Shown: positions 40,322 through 50,936 of the stretch, in pieces
Layout: each line of letters begins with the position of its first letter
How positions within the stretch are numbered: the stretch's first letter is position 1
DNA from: Acidobacteriota bacterium
GTDB lineage: Bacteria > Acidobacteriota > UBA890 > WLXD01
Assembly (NCBI GenBank): GCA_965205505.1
Contig: CBDBHB010000009.1
Coordinates: 1,312,001-1,376,000, forward strand
Direction: 5' to 3'
DNA: 64,000 bases
Program-made: the position numbers and the translations under genes
The notes under the pieces: model-generated
The model's input: only the letters and a program-made list of their open reading frames with translations
What the model was told of the DNA's origin: nothing
Databases searched by the model: none

Positions 40322-41875
40322 ATGGGCAACAGCGACCGCGACGACGCAGTAGCCGCTACCACAGTCAGCCGACGCGCCTTTGCCAAGACCTCGGTGGCCG
40401 CCGGTGCGGCTGCGGTAGCGCTGCCGAAGGCGTTGCGCGGCGACACCCTTACCGGGGTTGCTTCGACGGCCGCCGGCAAGGCGTCAGCGGCGAATCACGC
40501 CGCGCTGCCGGCGCCGCGCATCGCGCCGCCGAAGCGTGTGATCAGCTACGGGGGCGTCGGTGGGCACCCGAGCAAGGTTTCGGCCGCGGCCACGCGCCGC
40601 AGCTACCCGGATGGCTGGCAACCGGGCACGACCATCGCGGGCGAATACTATTTCGACGAGCAACACTACCTGAAGGATGAGGCGTTTCTCAGAGAGAGTC
40701 AGTGGATGTTCGCCGACCACGTCTCGCGGATTCCGACCGCCGGCGACTTCTTCGTCTTCGAATACGGCGGCAACGACAGCGTCATCATCGTGCGCGGCAA
40801 CGACGGCGACGTGAGGGCGTTCCACAACGTGTGCCGGCATCGCGGATCGCGGCTCTGCCGACACGAGGGCGACGCGGTGCCCGGGGACCCTCGCCTTTCG
40901 GTGAAGCAGCTCGGTAGCAGCGGTAGTAGCCCGGTCTTCCGTTGCCCCTACCACGCCTGGACCTACGACACCGAGGGCAGCCTCATCTATGCCTATGGCA
41001 TGCAGGAGGATTTCGACCCGGCCGACAACGGGCTCATTCCGTGCCACTTGCGTAGCTTCGAGGGCAACATCTTCGTCAATTTGTCTCAGGCGGACGAGCC
41101 ACCGGACTTCGACGAACAGATTGGTGGCCTGCGCCCGACGCTCAAGTACTACGGCACCGCCGATCTCAAGGTCGCCGTGCGGCAGAAGTACGCGATCTCC
41201 GGCAACTGGAAGCTGGCGCTGGAGAACTTTCAGGAGTGTTATCACTGCGGGCCGTCGCACAAGTCGCTGGTGACGACACACAACTACGACATGGAAGGCA
41301 CGCCCAACCAGCAGGCCCAGCGCGCCGCCAGCGTGCGTGCCTGGGTCAAGCCCGAGGGGCAAAGGAGTCTCGGAGGCGGTTTCGGCGGTGGCATGGGGAT
41401 GGGGAGTGGAGGTGGATCCGAGACCTACATGGTGTTCGGAAGGCTCAACTCCGGCTACATGACCGGATCGATCGACGGCAAGCCGCTGGCGCCGCTGCTG
41501 CCCAATATCGACGACTGGACGTACGGGACAAGGATCGCGGCGACGCGCTTCTTCTCCTACTACGCGCAGTGCTACGACGATCACGTTGCCATCGCGCGGT
41601 TCACGCCACGCGGGCCTGCCCTTACCGACTGTGAGCTGATATGGCTCGTGCACCCCGACGCGGTGGAGGGGCGCGACTACGATGGTGACGAGCTGATGGC
41701 GCTGTGGCACATCACCATCCAGGAAGACATCTGGGTGGTGGAGAACAACCAGCAGGGCGTGCGGTCGGGCAGCTACAGGTCCGGACGCTACTCAACCGGT
41801 GAGACCGGTCCGAGCGCTTTCGCCGAGTGGTACATGGACGAGATCGTCAGGGCAGGGCCTGCGCGCGCTAGCTAA
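40322..41875 (+). CDS. Rieske non-heme iron oxygenase alpha subunit with twin-arginine leader
   Basis: SRRAFAK leader; NVCRHRG...CPYHAW; NWKLALENFQECYHC..SH; QED. Confidence 0.85.
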   Translation: MGNSDRDDAVAATTVSRRAFAKTSVAAGAAAVALPKALRGDTLTGVASTAAGKASAANHAALPAPRIAPPKRVISYGGVGGHPSKVSAAATRRSYPDGWQPGTTIAGEYYFDEQHYLKDEAFLRESQWMFADHVSRIPTAGDFFVFEYGGNDSVIIVRGNDGDVRAFHNVCRHRGSRLCRHEGDAVPGDPRLSVKQLGSSGSSPVFRCPYHAWTYDTEGSLIYAYGMQEDFDPADNGLIPCHLRSFEGNIFVNLSQADEPPDFDEQIGGLRPTLKYYGTADLKVAVRQKYAISGNWKLALENFQECYHCGPSHKSLVTTHNYDMEGTPNQQAQRAASVRAWVKPEGQRSLGGGFGGGMGMGSGGGSETYMVFGRLNSGYMTGSIDGKPLAPLLPNIDDWTYGTRIAATRFFSYYAQCYDDHVAIARFTPRGPALTDCELIWLVHPDAVEGRDYDGDELMALWHITIQEDIWVVENNQQGVRSGSYRSGRYSTGETGPSAFAEWYMDEIVRAGPARAS

Positions 41876-41908
41876 GCTCACCTTGCACAAGCCGACCCTC
41901 CTGCCAGG

Positions 41909-42883
41909 CTAGCGCCGCTGTAGCACCAGCAGCGCCTGATCATCGCCTGCCGGCGCGCTGGCTCGGAATGCCTCGGCGGCAGACAGAGCCGTCGACGCCA
42001 GGGCGCTGGGCGCCAGGGCTCCCCACGCCTCGAGCTCGCACGACAGACGCTGGATTCCGTACTCGTCGCCCCCCGGATCAGTGCTCTCGACCAGGCCATC
42101 GGTGTAGAGCACGATCGACTCGCCCGCGGCCAGCGTGCGCTCGTGTACGCCGTAGTCGCTGCTTTGGAACAGGCCGGCAGGTAACCCGGTGGCGTCGAGG
42201 CGCTCGACTGCGCCGCAACGCGTCAGCAGGGCAGGCAGGTGTCCTGCGTTAGCGAGCTGCAAGCGGCCGTCGGGCCACGCCACACCGGCTACCAGGGTGA
42301 CATAGCGTGCCGGTCCCGTACGCTCGACAAGCTTGTCGCTGAGGTGCCGAACGGTGTCGGCGATCGGTCGCTTCTCTTCCACCAGGGCCCGGAAGTGAGC
42401 ACCGAGATGAGCCATCAGGAGTGCGGCTGACACGCCCTTTCCGGCAACGTCACCGAGTAGGAAATAGAGCGAGTCGTCGGGGCGAGCAACCAGGTCGATT
42501 ACGTCGCCGCCGACGGGTCCGGCTGGCAGATATCGGAAGTGGCTCGTCCAGCCGCCGACGCTGATGTCTTGCGCTGGCAGCAGACCGGCCTGGATGCTCC
42601 AGGCGGTCTCCAGGTCGTTTTCCAGCGCCCGGACCTGCTGCTCGGACAGATCACAGAGGCAGTAGCGACCCATCGGGTGGCGGTCGATCTCCTCGGGCAT
42701 CGACTCGTCGCAGACAACACAAAGGCCGTGCGTGCCGTGATCGACGCGATCCAGCGCGACATCGATCTCGGCGATCAGCCGCTCCAGGTCCGGAGCTGCG
42801 CCGACGCGGTTCGTCGCGTGCCGAAGCCGGCGCCGACGCTCGATCAGGGTTTCGTGAGTCGAAGCTTCGATCAAGGTGGCCAT
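41909..42883 (-). CDS. PP2C/SpoIIE-family phosphatase with N-terminal DksA/TraR-like Cys motif
   Basis: VGGD, GDVAGKG, NAGH, YTDGL, DD; N-terminal ALDRVDHGTHGLCVVC...YCLC. Confidence 0.85.
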   Translation of the reverse strand: MATLIEASTHETLIERRRRLRHATNRVGAAPDLERLIAEIDVALDRVDHGTHGLCVVCDESMPEEIDRHPMGRYCLCDLSEQQVRALENDLETAWSIQAGLLPAQDISVGGWTSHFRYLPAGPVGGDVIDLVARPDDSLYFLLGDVAGKGVSAALLMAHLGAHFRALVEEKRPIADTVRHLSDKLVERTGPARYVTLVAGVAWPDGRLQLANAGHLPALLTRCGAVERLDATGLPAGLFQSSDYGVHERTLAAGESIVLYTDGLVESTDPGGDEYGIQRLSCELEAWGALAPSALASTALSAAEAFRASAPAGDDQALLVLQRR

Positions 42884-42904
42884 AGCTGAGATCTCCCTCA
42901 CCGA

Positions 42905-42981
42905 TAACTAGTAAAATCATCTTTTGATAGTTACTAATCATATCACAGATAGTAACTTGTCAAATGTAATAATGACGGTTA
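42905..42981. promoter_or_regulatory. Two TAAC-N21-GTTA inverted repeats in an AT-rich divergent promoter region
   Basis: TAACTAGTAAAATCATCTTTTGATAGTTA (42905-42933) and TAACTTGTCAAATGTAATAATGACGGTTA (42953-42981). Confidence 0.55.
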
Positions 42982-43018
42982 TCTTGGGTGGCGTCATTCC
43001 GATAGTTGCGGAGATCAC

Positions 43019-43606
43019 GTGAGCATCGAGCTAGTCGCTGGAAATGTCGGGCTGGACCTCGCCAACAATCACCAGCGCATGCAAGAGTTCTGCCCGGGTC
43101 GCCCGTACCTCGGCCTGCTGGAGATCGCTCGGCGTGCGCGAACGCTCTCTGTCGAGGAGGCCGATCGGCTGGTGCGAGCGGCGCGACGACGACCTGCTGA
43201 GGCAACTGCGGTGGTTGCGAGAGCCGACGCCCTCGCCGTTGCGACTCAGCGCGTGCTGGAGGCGAGCATCGCCGGCCGCACCACGCCGCGCCAGGCGCTG
43301 GCGACGATCAATCGCGAGGTCGCGGAAGCTGATTCACGCGCCTGCATCATAGGCTGCGATGCTGGCTTCGAGCGTTGTTGGAAGATCGGGCGGCCGCTCG
43401 ATCTAGCGCGGCCCTTGTGGCCACTGGCGCCCGCCGTCGCCGACCTTCTGGTGGCCGACGATCTCCAACGTGTCAGGACGTGTCGGGCATCCGACTGCGA
43501 CTGGCTGTTCGTGGATGCCAGCAAGAACCACAGTCGCTGCTGGTGCGATATGGCCACATGCGGCAACCGCGCCAAAGCGCAGCGATTTCGGGCGCGCACG
43601 GCATAG
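43019..43606 (+). CDS. CGNR zinc-finger (ABATE) putative regulator
   Basis: LDLAN; CRASDCDWLFVDASKNHSRCWCDMATCGNRAK. Confidence 0.88.
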   Translation: MSIELVAGNVGLDLANNHQRMQEFCPGRPYLGLLEIARRARTLSVEEADRLVRAARRRPAEATAVVARADALAVATQRVLEASIAGRTTPRQALATINREVAEADSRACIIGCDAGFERCWKIGRPLDLARPLWPLAPAVADLLVADDLQRVRTCRASDCDWLFVDASKNHSRCWCDMATCGNRAKAQRFRARTA

Positions 43607-43738
43607 AGGTTTGGCGTGGCCCCGTCCCGTCGATGAGACGGCGGTTGTCCGGGGATGACCGCGCCCTGATAATCCGGCTGGCGCGCCCTTTTCAGGGTGC
43701 TGCGTGACCAACTCTCACTCCAGACTCAGGAGTCTTCC

Positions 43739-45160
43739 GTGCACCGCAAGAGCCCGCTGACCCCGTTTGCGATCATCCTCGTCGCTGCCACGGCCCTCTG
43801 TCTTTCCGTTACCGATGCCAGAGCTCAGGTGACCTGCTTCGGTGATCCGACCTGCATCCAGCCGGAGACTGGCCATCCGGTCGGCATGCCGGGCACGCCC
43901 AACATCGAAGTGGTGTCGCATTTGCCACTGCCCGGCATCCGATTCAGCCACGCCGACATCGAGATCGAACAGGAGATGTCGCGGCCCTTCGCCTACATTG
44001 CCCAGCGTTTCGGCTATTCGGGCTTCTACGCCATCAGCATCGAGAACCCGGAGAGACCGGAGGTCCTGTATCGCTGGATCATCGACGACCCAGACTTGCA
44101 TCAGGGCACCGGGTGCGTCGACATCAAGTACGCCAAGGACAACGGCCGCTACTACGTGGTGGTGTCGTGCCAGTTCGGGCAGGGCGGCCCGGATGCCGAC
44201 CTCGGCGCTGTGGTGTTCGACGTCACCGGGCTGCCGGATGCTGCGACGGTGCGCAAGGTGGCGGAGATTCGACTACCCGAGATGGTCGGCGGGATCCACA
44301 ACATCTTCACCTACAGGCACTCGAATGGTCGCGCCTTGCTCGCCGCGACCACTCAGTCCGAGGACGTCTTCCTGTACGACTTCGGACAGCTGGGCCGCGG
44401 CATCACGGAGCCGGTGTCGAACATTCGGGTCCCGACGCCCAGAGCCGAGCGCAGCCGTCAATGGCACGACATGTTCATGGGCTACCTGCCCGACGCCGAG
44501 CAGGATCGCTTCTACGGGGCGGGCACCGGCGGCTTCCACGTCTTCGACGTCACCAACGTCGAGAACCCGCGCCTGCTCACCACGGTCACCGGCATTCCGG
44601 GCGTCATGGATGGACACACCTTCACCCCGACGCCGGACGGTCGCTACGCTGTCGGCATGCCCGAGCCGACCTACCAGCACTCTCCGGTGCGGTTCTTCGA
44701 TCTTCGGCCGCCCGAATCGGACGGCCGCACGCCGAACGTCATCACCGGCTCCGGCATCGGTGCGTGGATCGCCAAGTTCGGCGGCTCCACCCACAACCAT
44801 GAGGTGCGCTGGCCGTATGTCTTCATTTCAGCGCAGGACGATGGCCTGCAGATCGTCGATATGACCGATCCTACCCACCCCTTCACACTGGGCTACTACC
44901 AGACGCGAATAGGGCCTCTGCTCTACGGCGACGGCGAACGACCGTCGCAGGCCACCACCGGCAACATCTACACCGGTGCTTGGGGTGTCGACGTGCGCGA
45001 TGCCGACGGCCTCATCGTGGTGAGCGACTTCAACTCCGGCTTCTGGGCTTTTCGTCTCCAGGGCTTCTCGGGCTGGAACGGCAACGACTGGGGCATGCCG
45101 AATATCTCGAGCGCGCAGATGTGGGACGAGGGTCCAGTCAAGGAGGAGCAGCTCTGGTAG
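43739..45160 (+). CDS. Exported LVIVD-repeat/beta-propeller protein
   Basis: Signal peptide; repeated VFDVT, HNIF, WHDM, HNHEVRWPY, GLQIVDMTDP, GAWGVDVR. Confidence 0.7.
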   Translation: MHRKSPLTPFAIILVAATALCLSVTDARAQVTCFGDPTCIQPETGHPVGMPGTPNIEVVSHLPLPGIRFSHADIEIEQEMSRPFAYIAQRFGYSGFYAISIENPERPEVLYRWIIDDPDLHQGTGCVDIKYAKDNGRYYVVVSCQFGQGGPDADLGAVVFDVTGLPDAATVRKVAEIRLPEMVGGIHNIFTYRHSNGRALLAATTQSEDVFLYDFGQLGRGITEPVSNIRVPTPRAERSRQWHDMFMGYLPDAEQDRFYGAGTGGFHVFDVTNVENPRLLTTVTGIPGVMDGHTFTPTPDGRYAVGMPEPTYQHSPVRFFDLRPPESDGRTPNVITGSGIGAWIAKFGGSTHNHEVRWPYVFISAQDDGLQIVDMTDPTHPFTLGYYQTRIGPLLYGDGERPSQATTGNIYTGAWGVDVRDADGLIVVSDFNSGFWAFRLQGFSGWNGNDWGMPNISSAQMWDEGPVKEEQLW

Positions 45161-45288
45161 ATGTCTCCCTGGCGCCATACCCCCGATAGCCAGCGCCCGT
45201 CCCCGCCATCAGGACAAAGGCCATGCACCGTGCCAGCCGCGTTCGTGCACTCGCTGAGGCCGCTATGTTCGTAAGCGCGGTGGTTCCA

Positions 45289-46317
45289 TCAGGCAGAAGC
45301 CAGCTGCCAGCCCGCCGCCGAGGTCGTCGCGACCATGTCCTTCATCTGTAGCGCTCGGGAGGACGCCGCGTTTCCCTGCAGGCCGCGCTTGTAGACGCCC
45401 TGAAGAATGCTCGCCAGCCGGAAAAACGAGAACGCCAAGCAGAAGTTCCAGTTGTCGATTCTGCTCCGCCCCACGAGCTCGCAGTACCTCGCCACGACCT
45501 CGCGCTCACCAGGCACATCGGGGTTTCCGCCGACCGAGCCGCCAGGTGCCTCGCCGTGGTACTTCATGCAGTTGTAGGCGAGGTCGGCCAGCGGGTGCCC
45601 AAGCGTCGACAGCTCCCAGTCCAGCACTGCCAGGGCTCTCGGCTCGGTCGGGTGGAACACGATGTTGTAGAGCTGGTAGTCGCCGTGAACGATCGTCGTG
45701 GTGTCGTCGTGGGGGGCGTTCTCGGGCAGCCACACCATGAGCCGGTCCATCGACGGGATGGAGTCGGTCTGTGCCGCCAAGTATTGCTTGGTCCAACGAC
45801 CGATCTGGCGTACGAAGTAGTTGCCCGGCTTGCCGAAGTCGAGCAGTCCCCTGGACTCATAGTCGACGGTGTGTAGGGCGGCGAGCACGCGCATCATCTC
45901 GGCGTAAATGGAGGGGCGCTCGGATGCGCTCGCGTCGGGCAGGTTGGGATCGGAGAAGATCCGCCCTTGCACGTACTCCATCACGTAGAACGGCGTGCCG
46001 ATGATCGATGCGTCGTCGCACAGCAGGTGCACGGCGGGCACCGGGACGTCGCTGTTCGCCAGCGCCTCGTATATGCGGTGCTCACGCTCGACCTGATGCG
46101 CGCTGGGTAGCAGCTTGCCGGGCGGTTTCTTGCGCAGCACCCACGACCGCTCCGCCTCGGTCAGCAAGAAGGTGGGGTTGGACTGCCCGCCCGAGAATTG
46201 CTGAATCTGTGCCTGGCCAGTGTAGCCGTGCAGTTCCTGGCACAGGTACTCGTGCAGCGCGCGTTCGTCGAAGCGGTGGTTGTCTCGAATCTCGATCAGG
46301 CCTTGCGGGCCGCTCAT
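45289..46317 (-). CDS. APH-family phosphotransferase (ACAD10/11 N-terminal-like)
   Basis: [37 protein letters not shown]. Confidence 0.9.
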   Translation of the reverse strand: MSGPQGLIEIRDNHRFDERALHEYLCQELHGYTGQAQIQQFSGGQSNPTFLLTEAERSWVLRKKPPGKLLPSAHQVEREHRIYEALANSDVPVPAVHLLCDDASIIGTPFYVMEYVQGRIFSDPNLPDASASERPSIYAEMMRVLAALHTVDYESRGLLDFGKPGNYFVRQIGRWTKQYLAAQTDSIPSMDRLMVWLPENAPHDDTTTIVHGDYQLYNIVFHPTEPRALAVLDWELSTLGHPLADLAYNCMKYHGEAPGGSVGGNPDVPGEREVVARYCELVGRSRIDNWNFCLAFSFFRLASILQGVYKRGLQGNAASSRALQMKDMVATTSAAGWQLASA

Positions 46318-47516
46318 TCGTACTTCTTCAACTCGAGCTTGGCGATCTGAGCCCGGTGGACCTCGTCGGGTCCGTCGGCCAGGCGAAGCGTGCGCTGCTC
46401 CGCCCAGGCGAAGGCGAGGAAAGTGTCCTGGCAGACACCCATGCCACCGTGTGCCTGGATGGCGCGATCGATGACGTCGAGCGACATCTGTGGCGCCAAT
46501 ACCTTGATCGCTGCGATCTCCTTCCGAGCCTCCTTGTTGCCGACCGTATCCATCAGATGTGCGGCGTTCAGCACCAGCAGCCGTGCTGCGTCTATCTCGA
46601 TCCGTGATCTGGCGATGTCCTGTCGAATCGCGCCCATGTCTGCCAGCCGTCGTCCGAAGGCGACGCGCTCGCGCACGCGTCGGCACATGAGCTCGAGGGC
46701 GCGTTCCGCTACGCCGACGCAACGCATGCAGTGGTGGATCCGCCCTGGGCCCAGACGGCCTTGGGCGATCTCGAAGCCACGACCCTCGCCCAGTAGCAAG
46801 TGCGATGCGGGAACCCGCACGTCCGTAAACTCGATCTCGGCATGCCCGTGCGGCGCGTGGTCATAGCCGAATACGTTGAGCGTTCGGAGGATCTCCACGC
46901 CCGGCGTGTCGCGCGGAACGACGATCATCGATTGCTGCTCGTACGGCGACGCCTCGGGATCCGTCTTGCCCATGAAGATGAAGACCTTGCAGCGCGGGTC
47001 GCCGGCGCCGGACGTCCACCACTTGCGACCGTTGATCACGTATTCGTCGCCGTCGCGCTCGATGCGCGATTGGATGTTTCTTGCATCCGACGAGGCGACG
47101 TCGGGCTCGGTCATGCAGAACGCCGAGCGGATCTCGCCGTTCAACAGGGGCGTCAGCCAACGCTCCTTCAGCTCGTCGCTGGCGTACCGCACCAACACCT
47201 CCATGTTGCCAGTGTCGGGCGCGGAGCAGTTCATTGCTTCACCGGCGATGCGGTACTTGCCGGTGAGCTCTGCGATCGGGGCGTACTCGAGATTCGTGAG
47301 TCCCGCACCGAGCTCGCTTTCGGGGAGAAACAGGTTCCACAGGGCGGCATCCTTGGCCTTCTGCTTGAGCTCCTCCATGATCGGAACGGGCGCCCATCGA
47401 TCCCCCTCGTTTACCTGCTGCTCGTACAGCTCCTCGTTGGGGACGATGTTGGCCTCTACGAACTCGAGCACCCGCTCGTAGTGGTGCCTCCCCTTGTCAG
47501 AGATCTCGAAGAGCAT
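46314..47516 (-). CDS. Acyl-CoA dehydrogenase (ACAD10/11-like)
   Basis: [48 protein letters not shown]. Confidence 0.92.
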   Translation of the reverse strand: MLFEISDKGRHHYERVLEFVEANIVPNEELYEQQVNEGDRWAPVPIMEELKQKAKDAALWNLFLPESELGAGLTNLEYAPIAELTGKYRIAGEAMNCSAPDTGNMEVLVRYASDELKERWLTPLLNGEIRSAFCMTEPDVASSDARNIQSRIERDGDEYVINGRKWWTSGAGDPRCKVFIFMGKTDPEASPYEQQSMIVVPRDTPGVEILRTLNVFGYDHAPHGHAEIEFTDVRVPASHLLLGEGRGFEIAQGRLGPGRIHHCMRCVGVAERALELMCRRVRERVAFGRRLADMGAIRQDIARSRIEIDAARLLVLNAAHLMDTVGNKEARKEIAAIKVLAPQMSLDVIDRAIQAHGGMGVCQDTFLAFAWAEQRTLRLADGPDEVHRAQIAKLELKKYE

Positions 47517-47536
47517 GCCGAGGCTCCTGTTGCCGG

Positions 47537-48727
47537 CTACTGACAGAGCTCGAAGAGCCCGGCAGCACCTTGCCCACCGCCTATGCACATTGTCACTACG
47601 CCGTAGCGGGCGCCGCGGCGGACCATCTCGTTGGCCAGCGTGCCGACCATGCGCGAGCCGGTCATGCCAAACGGATGGCCTATGGAGATCGCGCCGCCGT
47701 TGACGTTGAGCTTGTAGGGATCGATGCCGAGTCGGTCGCGGCAATAGACGACCTGCACGGCGAAGGCCTCATTGAGCTCCCAGAGATCGATGTCGTCGAC
47801 CGAGAGGTCGTGCCGCTCCAGCAGCTTCGGCACCGCGAACACCGGGCCGATGCCCATCTCGTCGGGCTCGCATCCGGCCACAGCGAAGCCGCGGAACAGC
47901 AGCTTCGGCGTGATGCCCAAAGCCTCGGCACGCTGACGCGACATCAGCAACGTTGCGGATGCGCCGTCGGACAGCTGCGACGAGTTGCCGGGGGTGACGG
48001 TGCCGTGGCCACTGTCGCGGTCGAAGTACGGCTTCAACGATGCGAGGCCCTCGAGCGTGGAATCGGGGCGATTGCACTCGTCGGCCTCGAGGGAATGCTC
48101 TTCCTCGCCCACAGCGTCGCCGGTCTTCTTGTCGATGATGGCACGGGTCACCTGCATCGGTGCCAGCTCTTCGTCTAGCCGGCCCTCCTGCTGTGCCGCC
48201 GCGGTGCGCAGTTGGCTGGAGAGCGCGTACTCGTCTTGAACCTCACGGCTGATCTGGTAGCGCTTCGCCACCACCTCGGCGGTGTCGCCCATGACCATGT
48301 AGATGCCTGGTTTGTGTTCCTGCACCCACGGGTTCGCGTCGACCTTGGCCGAGAAGGTCTGGGTGATGCTCTCGACGCCACCGCCGATCGCCGCTGCGGC
48401 GCCCTCCTGGATGATCTGATGCGCTGCCATGGCCACCGCCTGCAGGCCGGAGCTACAGAATCGATTTACCGTGGTGGCCGCTACCTGGACTGGCAGCCCT
48501 GCCCTGATCGACGCCACGCGAGCGATGTTCGAACCCTGCGAGCCCTCCGGACGCGCACAGCCGGCGATGACGTCTTCCACCTCCGCGGCGTCGAGCTCGG
48601 GGGCCTTGGCGATCACGTCTTGAATGCAGTGCGCCAGATAGTCGTCGGGTCGCGTCATGTTCAGCGAGCCACGAAACGACTTGGCGAGCGGCGTCCGGGA
48701 GCTCGCCACGACAACTGCTTCACGCAT
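47537..48727 (-). CDS. Acetyl-CoA C-acyltransferase (thiolase)
   Basis: [28 protein letters not shown]. Confidence 0.93.
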   Translation of the reverse strand: MREAVVVASSRTPLAKSFRGSLNMTRPDDYLAHCIQDVIAKAPELDAAEVEDVIAGCARPEGSQGSNIARVASIRAGLPVQVAATTVNRFCSSGLQAVAMAAHQIIQEGAAAAIGGGVESITQTFSAKVDANPWVQEHKPGIYMVMGDTAEVVAKRYQISREVQDEYALSSQLRTAAAQQEGRLDEELAPMQVTRAIIDKKTGDAVGEEEHSLEADECNRPDSTLEGLASLKPYFDRDSGHGTVTPGNSSQLSDGASATLLMSRQRAEALGITPKLLFRGFAVAGCEPDEMGIGPVFAVPKLLERHDLSVDDIDLWELNEAFAVQVVYCRDRLGIDPYKLNVNGGAISIGHPFGMTGSRMVGTLANEMVRRGARYGVVTMCIGGGQGAAGLFELCQ

Positions 48728-48844
48728 CACTTACTCCTTCGGTCGGGAGCCCAGTTGCGCTCCGGCGCCGATCATCCTGTCTGTGTAAGCTCTCCCGAAC
48801 GTACGGGTCTTAGCACGAATCCTAACGTGGGAGCCATCGCGGAG

Positions 48845-50917
48845 ATGACCGACATGGTGCGAACGGACGTTCACGACGGCGTCGCGGTGATTCGCGTCGA
48901 CAATCCTCCGGTGAATGCTCTGAGCCGGGGAGTACGGGATGGGCTGCATGAGGCCGTCCTGACAGCCGATGCCGACCAGGCCGCCGACGCGATCTTGATC
49001 CTGTGCGAGGGCCGCACGTACTTCGCTGGCGCCGATATCAAGGAGTTCGGCCGGCCAACGGAGGGTGTGCCACTGTCGCAAATGCACGCGGTGATCGAGG
49101 GTGCGTCGAAGCCCGTCGTTTCCTCGATCCATGGCACTGCGCTCGGTGGCGGGCTGGAGACGGCGCTCTGTTGCCACTACCGCGTGGCTATCGCGACCGC
49201 CCGTTTCGGCTTGCCGGAAGTGAAGTTGGGGATCTTGCCGGGGGCCGGCGGGACGCAGCGGTTGCCGAGAGTCGTTGGCGTGCAGAAGGCTCTCGAGATG
49301 ATGGTCTCAGGCCGGATGGTGGGCGCTGATTTTGCCCTGCAGAACGGTCTCATCGACGAGATCGTCGATGACGTGTTCGAAGGCGGGCTGGCGTTCGCCA
49401 AGCAGGTCGCCGAGGAAGGTCGGCCGCTGCCGAAGGTGCGCGACCTTGAAGACAAGATCGAGGAAGCGAGGAAGGACCCGGAGCTGTTCGAACGGTTCCG
49501 TCGATCTATTGCGCGCAAGACGCGCGGGTTCGAAGCGCCCGAGGTGATCATCCAATGCGTCGAAGACGCCGTGTCCCAGCCGTTCGACGAGGGCATACGA
49601 GCCGAACGCGAGAGGTTCGACACGTTGCTCAACGTCGAGCAGTCGGCTGCCCAGCGCCACTACTTCTTCGCCGAGCGCCAGGCGGGGAAGGTTCCCGATG
49701 TTCCCAGGGACACGCCGAAAATTGCGATCAACAAGATCGGAGTCGTAGGCGCGGGAACCATGGGTGGCGGTATCGCGATGAACTTCCTCAACCGAGGGAT
49801 ACCGGTCACGATTGTCGAGACAGGACAGGATGTCCTCGACCGCGGTCTCGGGGTCGTGAGGAAGAACTACGATCGCACCGCCAAGCGCGGGCGGATCACC
49901 TCGGCGCAGGTGGATGAGCGCATGGACCTGCTCACACCCACCCTGTCGCTCGAGGGGCTCGCCGACTGCGACCTCATCATCGAAGCTGTCTTCGAGAACA
50001 TGGAGCTCAAGAAAGAGGTATTCACGAAGCTCGATGGCATCGCCAAGCGCGGCGCGATCCTGGCAACCAATACCTCAGCGCTGGACGTCGACGAGATCGC
50101 CGCGGTGACGCAGCGTCCGGAGATGGTGCTGGGCACCCACTTCTTCAGCCCCGCCAACATCATGCGGTTGCTCGAGGTGGTGCGCGCCGAGCGTACTTCC
50201 AAGGAGGTGCTAGCGTCGACGATGGCCCTGGCCAAGCACATCGGCAAGGTTGCGGTCGTGTCGGGCGTGTGTCCCGGTTTCATCGGCAACCGGATGCTGT
50301 TTCAGCGAGGCGCCCAGGTGGACCGCATGATCCTCGAGGGCCCCTTGCCTGAGGATGTCGACCGCGTCAACTTCGAGTTCGGCATGCCGATGGGACCGTT
50401 TGCGATGGCCGATCTTGCGGGTCTCGATCTTCGCTGGGATGGTGCGCCCGCCGGAGGTCTGACGGTGCGCGACCGACTGTGCGAGATGGGCCGGCGCGGC
50501 CAGAAAACCGGGGCTGGCTACTACAACTATGATCCCGAGACGCGTGCCAGCAGTCCCGAGCCCGCCGTGGAGAAGCTCATTGTGGAGGTCTCGGAGACAA
50601 TGCGGATAACACGCCGCGACTTCAGCGACCAGGAGATCCTGCAGCGCAGCCTCTATCCGATGATCAACGAAGGCGCCAAGATCCTCGCGGAGGGTGTTAG
50701 CAGCCGGCCCAGCGACATCGACGTGGTCTGGGTGTGTGGCTATGGATGGCCGGTGTATCGGGGAGGGCCCATGTTCTATGCCGACACCATCGGGTTGTCG
50801 ACGGTGCTCGACGCCCTGAAGCAGTTCGAGCAGCAAGACGAGGATGACTTCTGGCGACCCTCGCAGCTGCTCGAGCAGCTCGTTGCTGACGGCAAGGGCT
50901 TCGCGGACATGGCCTAG
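48845..50917 (+). CDS. Enoyl-CoA hydratase/3-hydroxyacyl-CoA dehydrogenase (multifunctional)
   Basis: NPPVNAL, GGGLE, PEVKLG, GAGTMGGG, HFFSPAN, GFIGNRM; GGAG immediately before ATG 48845. Confidence 0.92.
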   Translation: MTDMVRTDVHDGVAVIRVDNPPVNALSRGVRDGLHEAVLTADADQAADAILILCEGRTYFAGADIKEFGRPTEGVPLSQMHAVIEGASKPVVSSIHGTALGGGLETALCCHYRVAIATARFGLPEVKLGILPGAGGTQRLPRVVGVQKALEMMVSGRMVGADFALQNGLIDEIVDDVFEGGLAFAKQVAEEGRPLPKVRDLEDKIEEARKDPELFERFRRSIARKTRGFEAPEVIIQCVEDAVSQPFDEGIRAERERFDTLLNVEQSAAQRHYFFAERQAGKVPDVPRDTPKIAINKIGVVGAGTMGGGIAMNFLNRGIPVTIVETGQDVLDRGLGVVRKNYDRTAKRGRITSAQVDERMDLLTPTLSLEGLADCDLIIEAVFENMELKKEVFTKLDGIAKRGAILATNTSALDVDEIAAVTQRPEMVLGTHFFSPANIMRLLEVVRAERTSKEVLASTMALAKHIGKVAVVSGVCPGFIGNRMLFQRGAQVDRMILEGPLPEDVDRVNFEFGMPMGPFAMADLAGLDLRWDGAPAGGLTVRDRLCEMGRRGQKTGAGYYNYDPETRASSPEPAVEKLIVEVSETMRITRRDFSDQEILQRSLYPMINEGAKILAEGVSSRPSDIDVVWVCGYGWPVYRGGPMFYADTIGLSTVLDALKQFEQQDEDDFWRPSQLLEQLVADGKGFADMA

Positions 50918-50936
50918 CTCCGGGACGATTGGAGAG

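Noticed and set aside
45289-50917. Beta-oxidation cluster as a novel system
   Set aside because: A common arrangement of well-known families (pim/fad-like genes plus the ACAD10-like pair).
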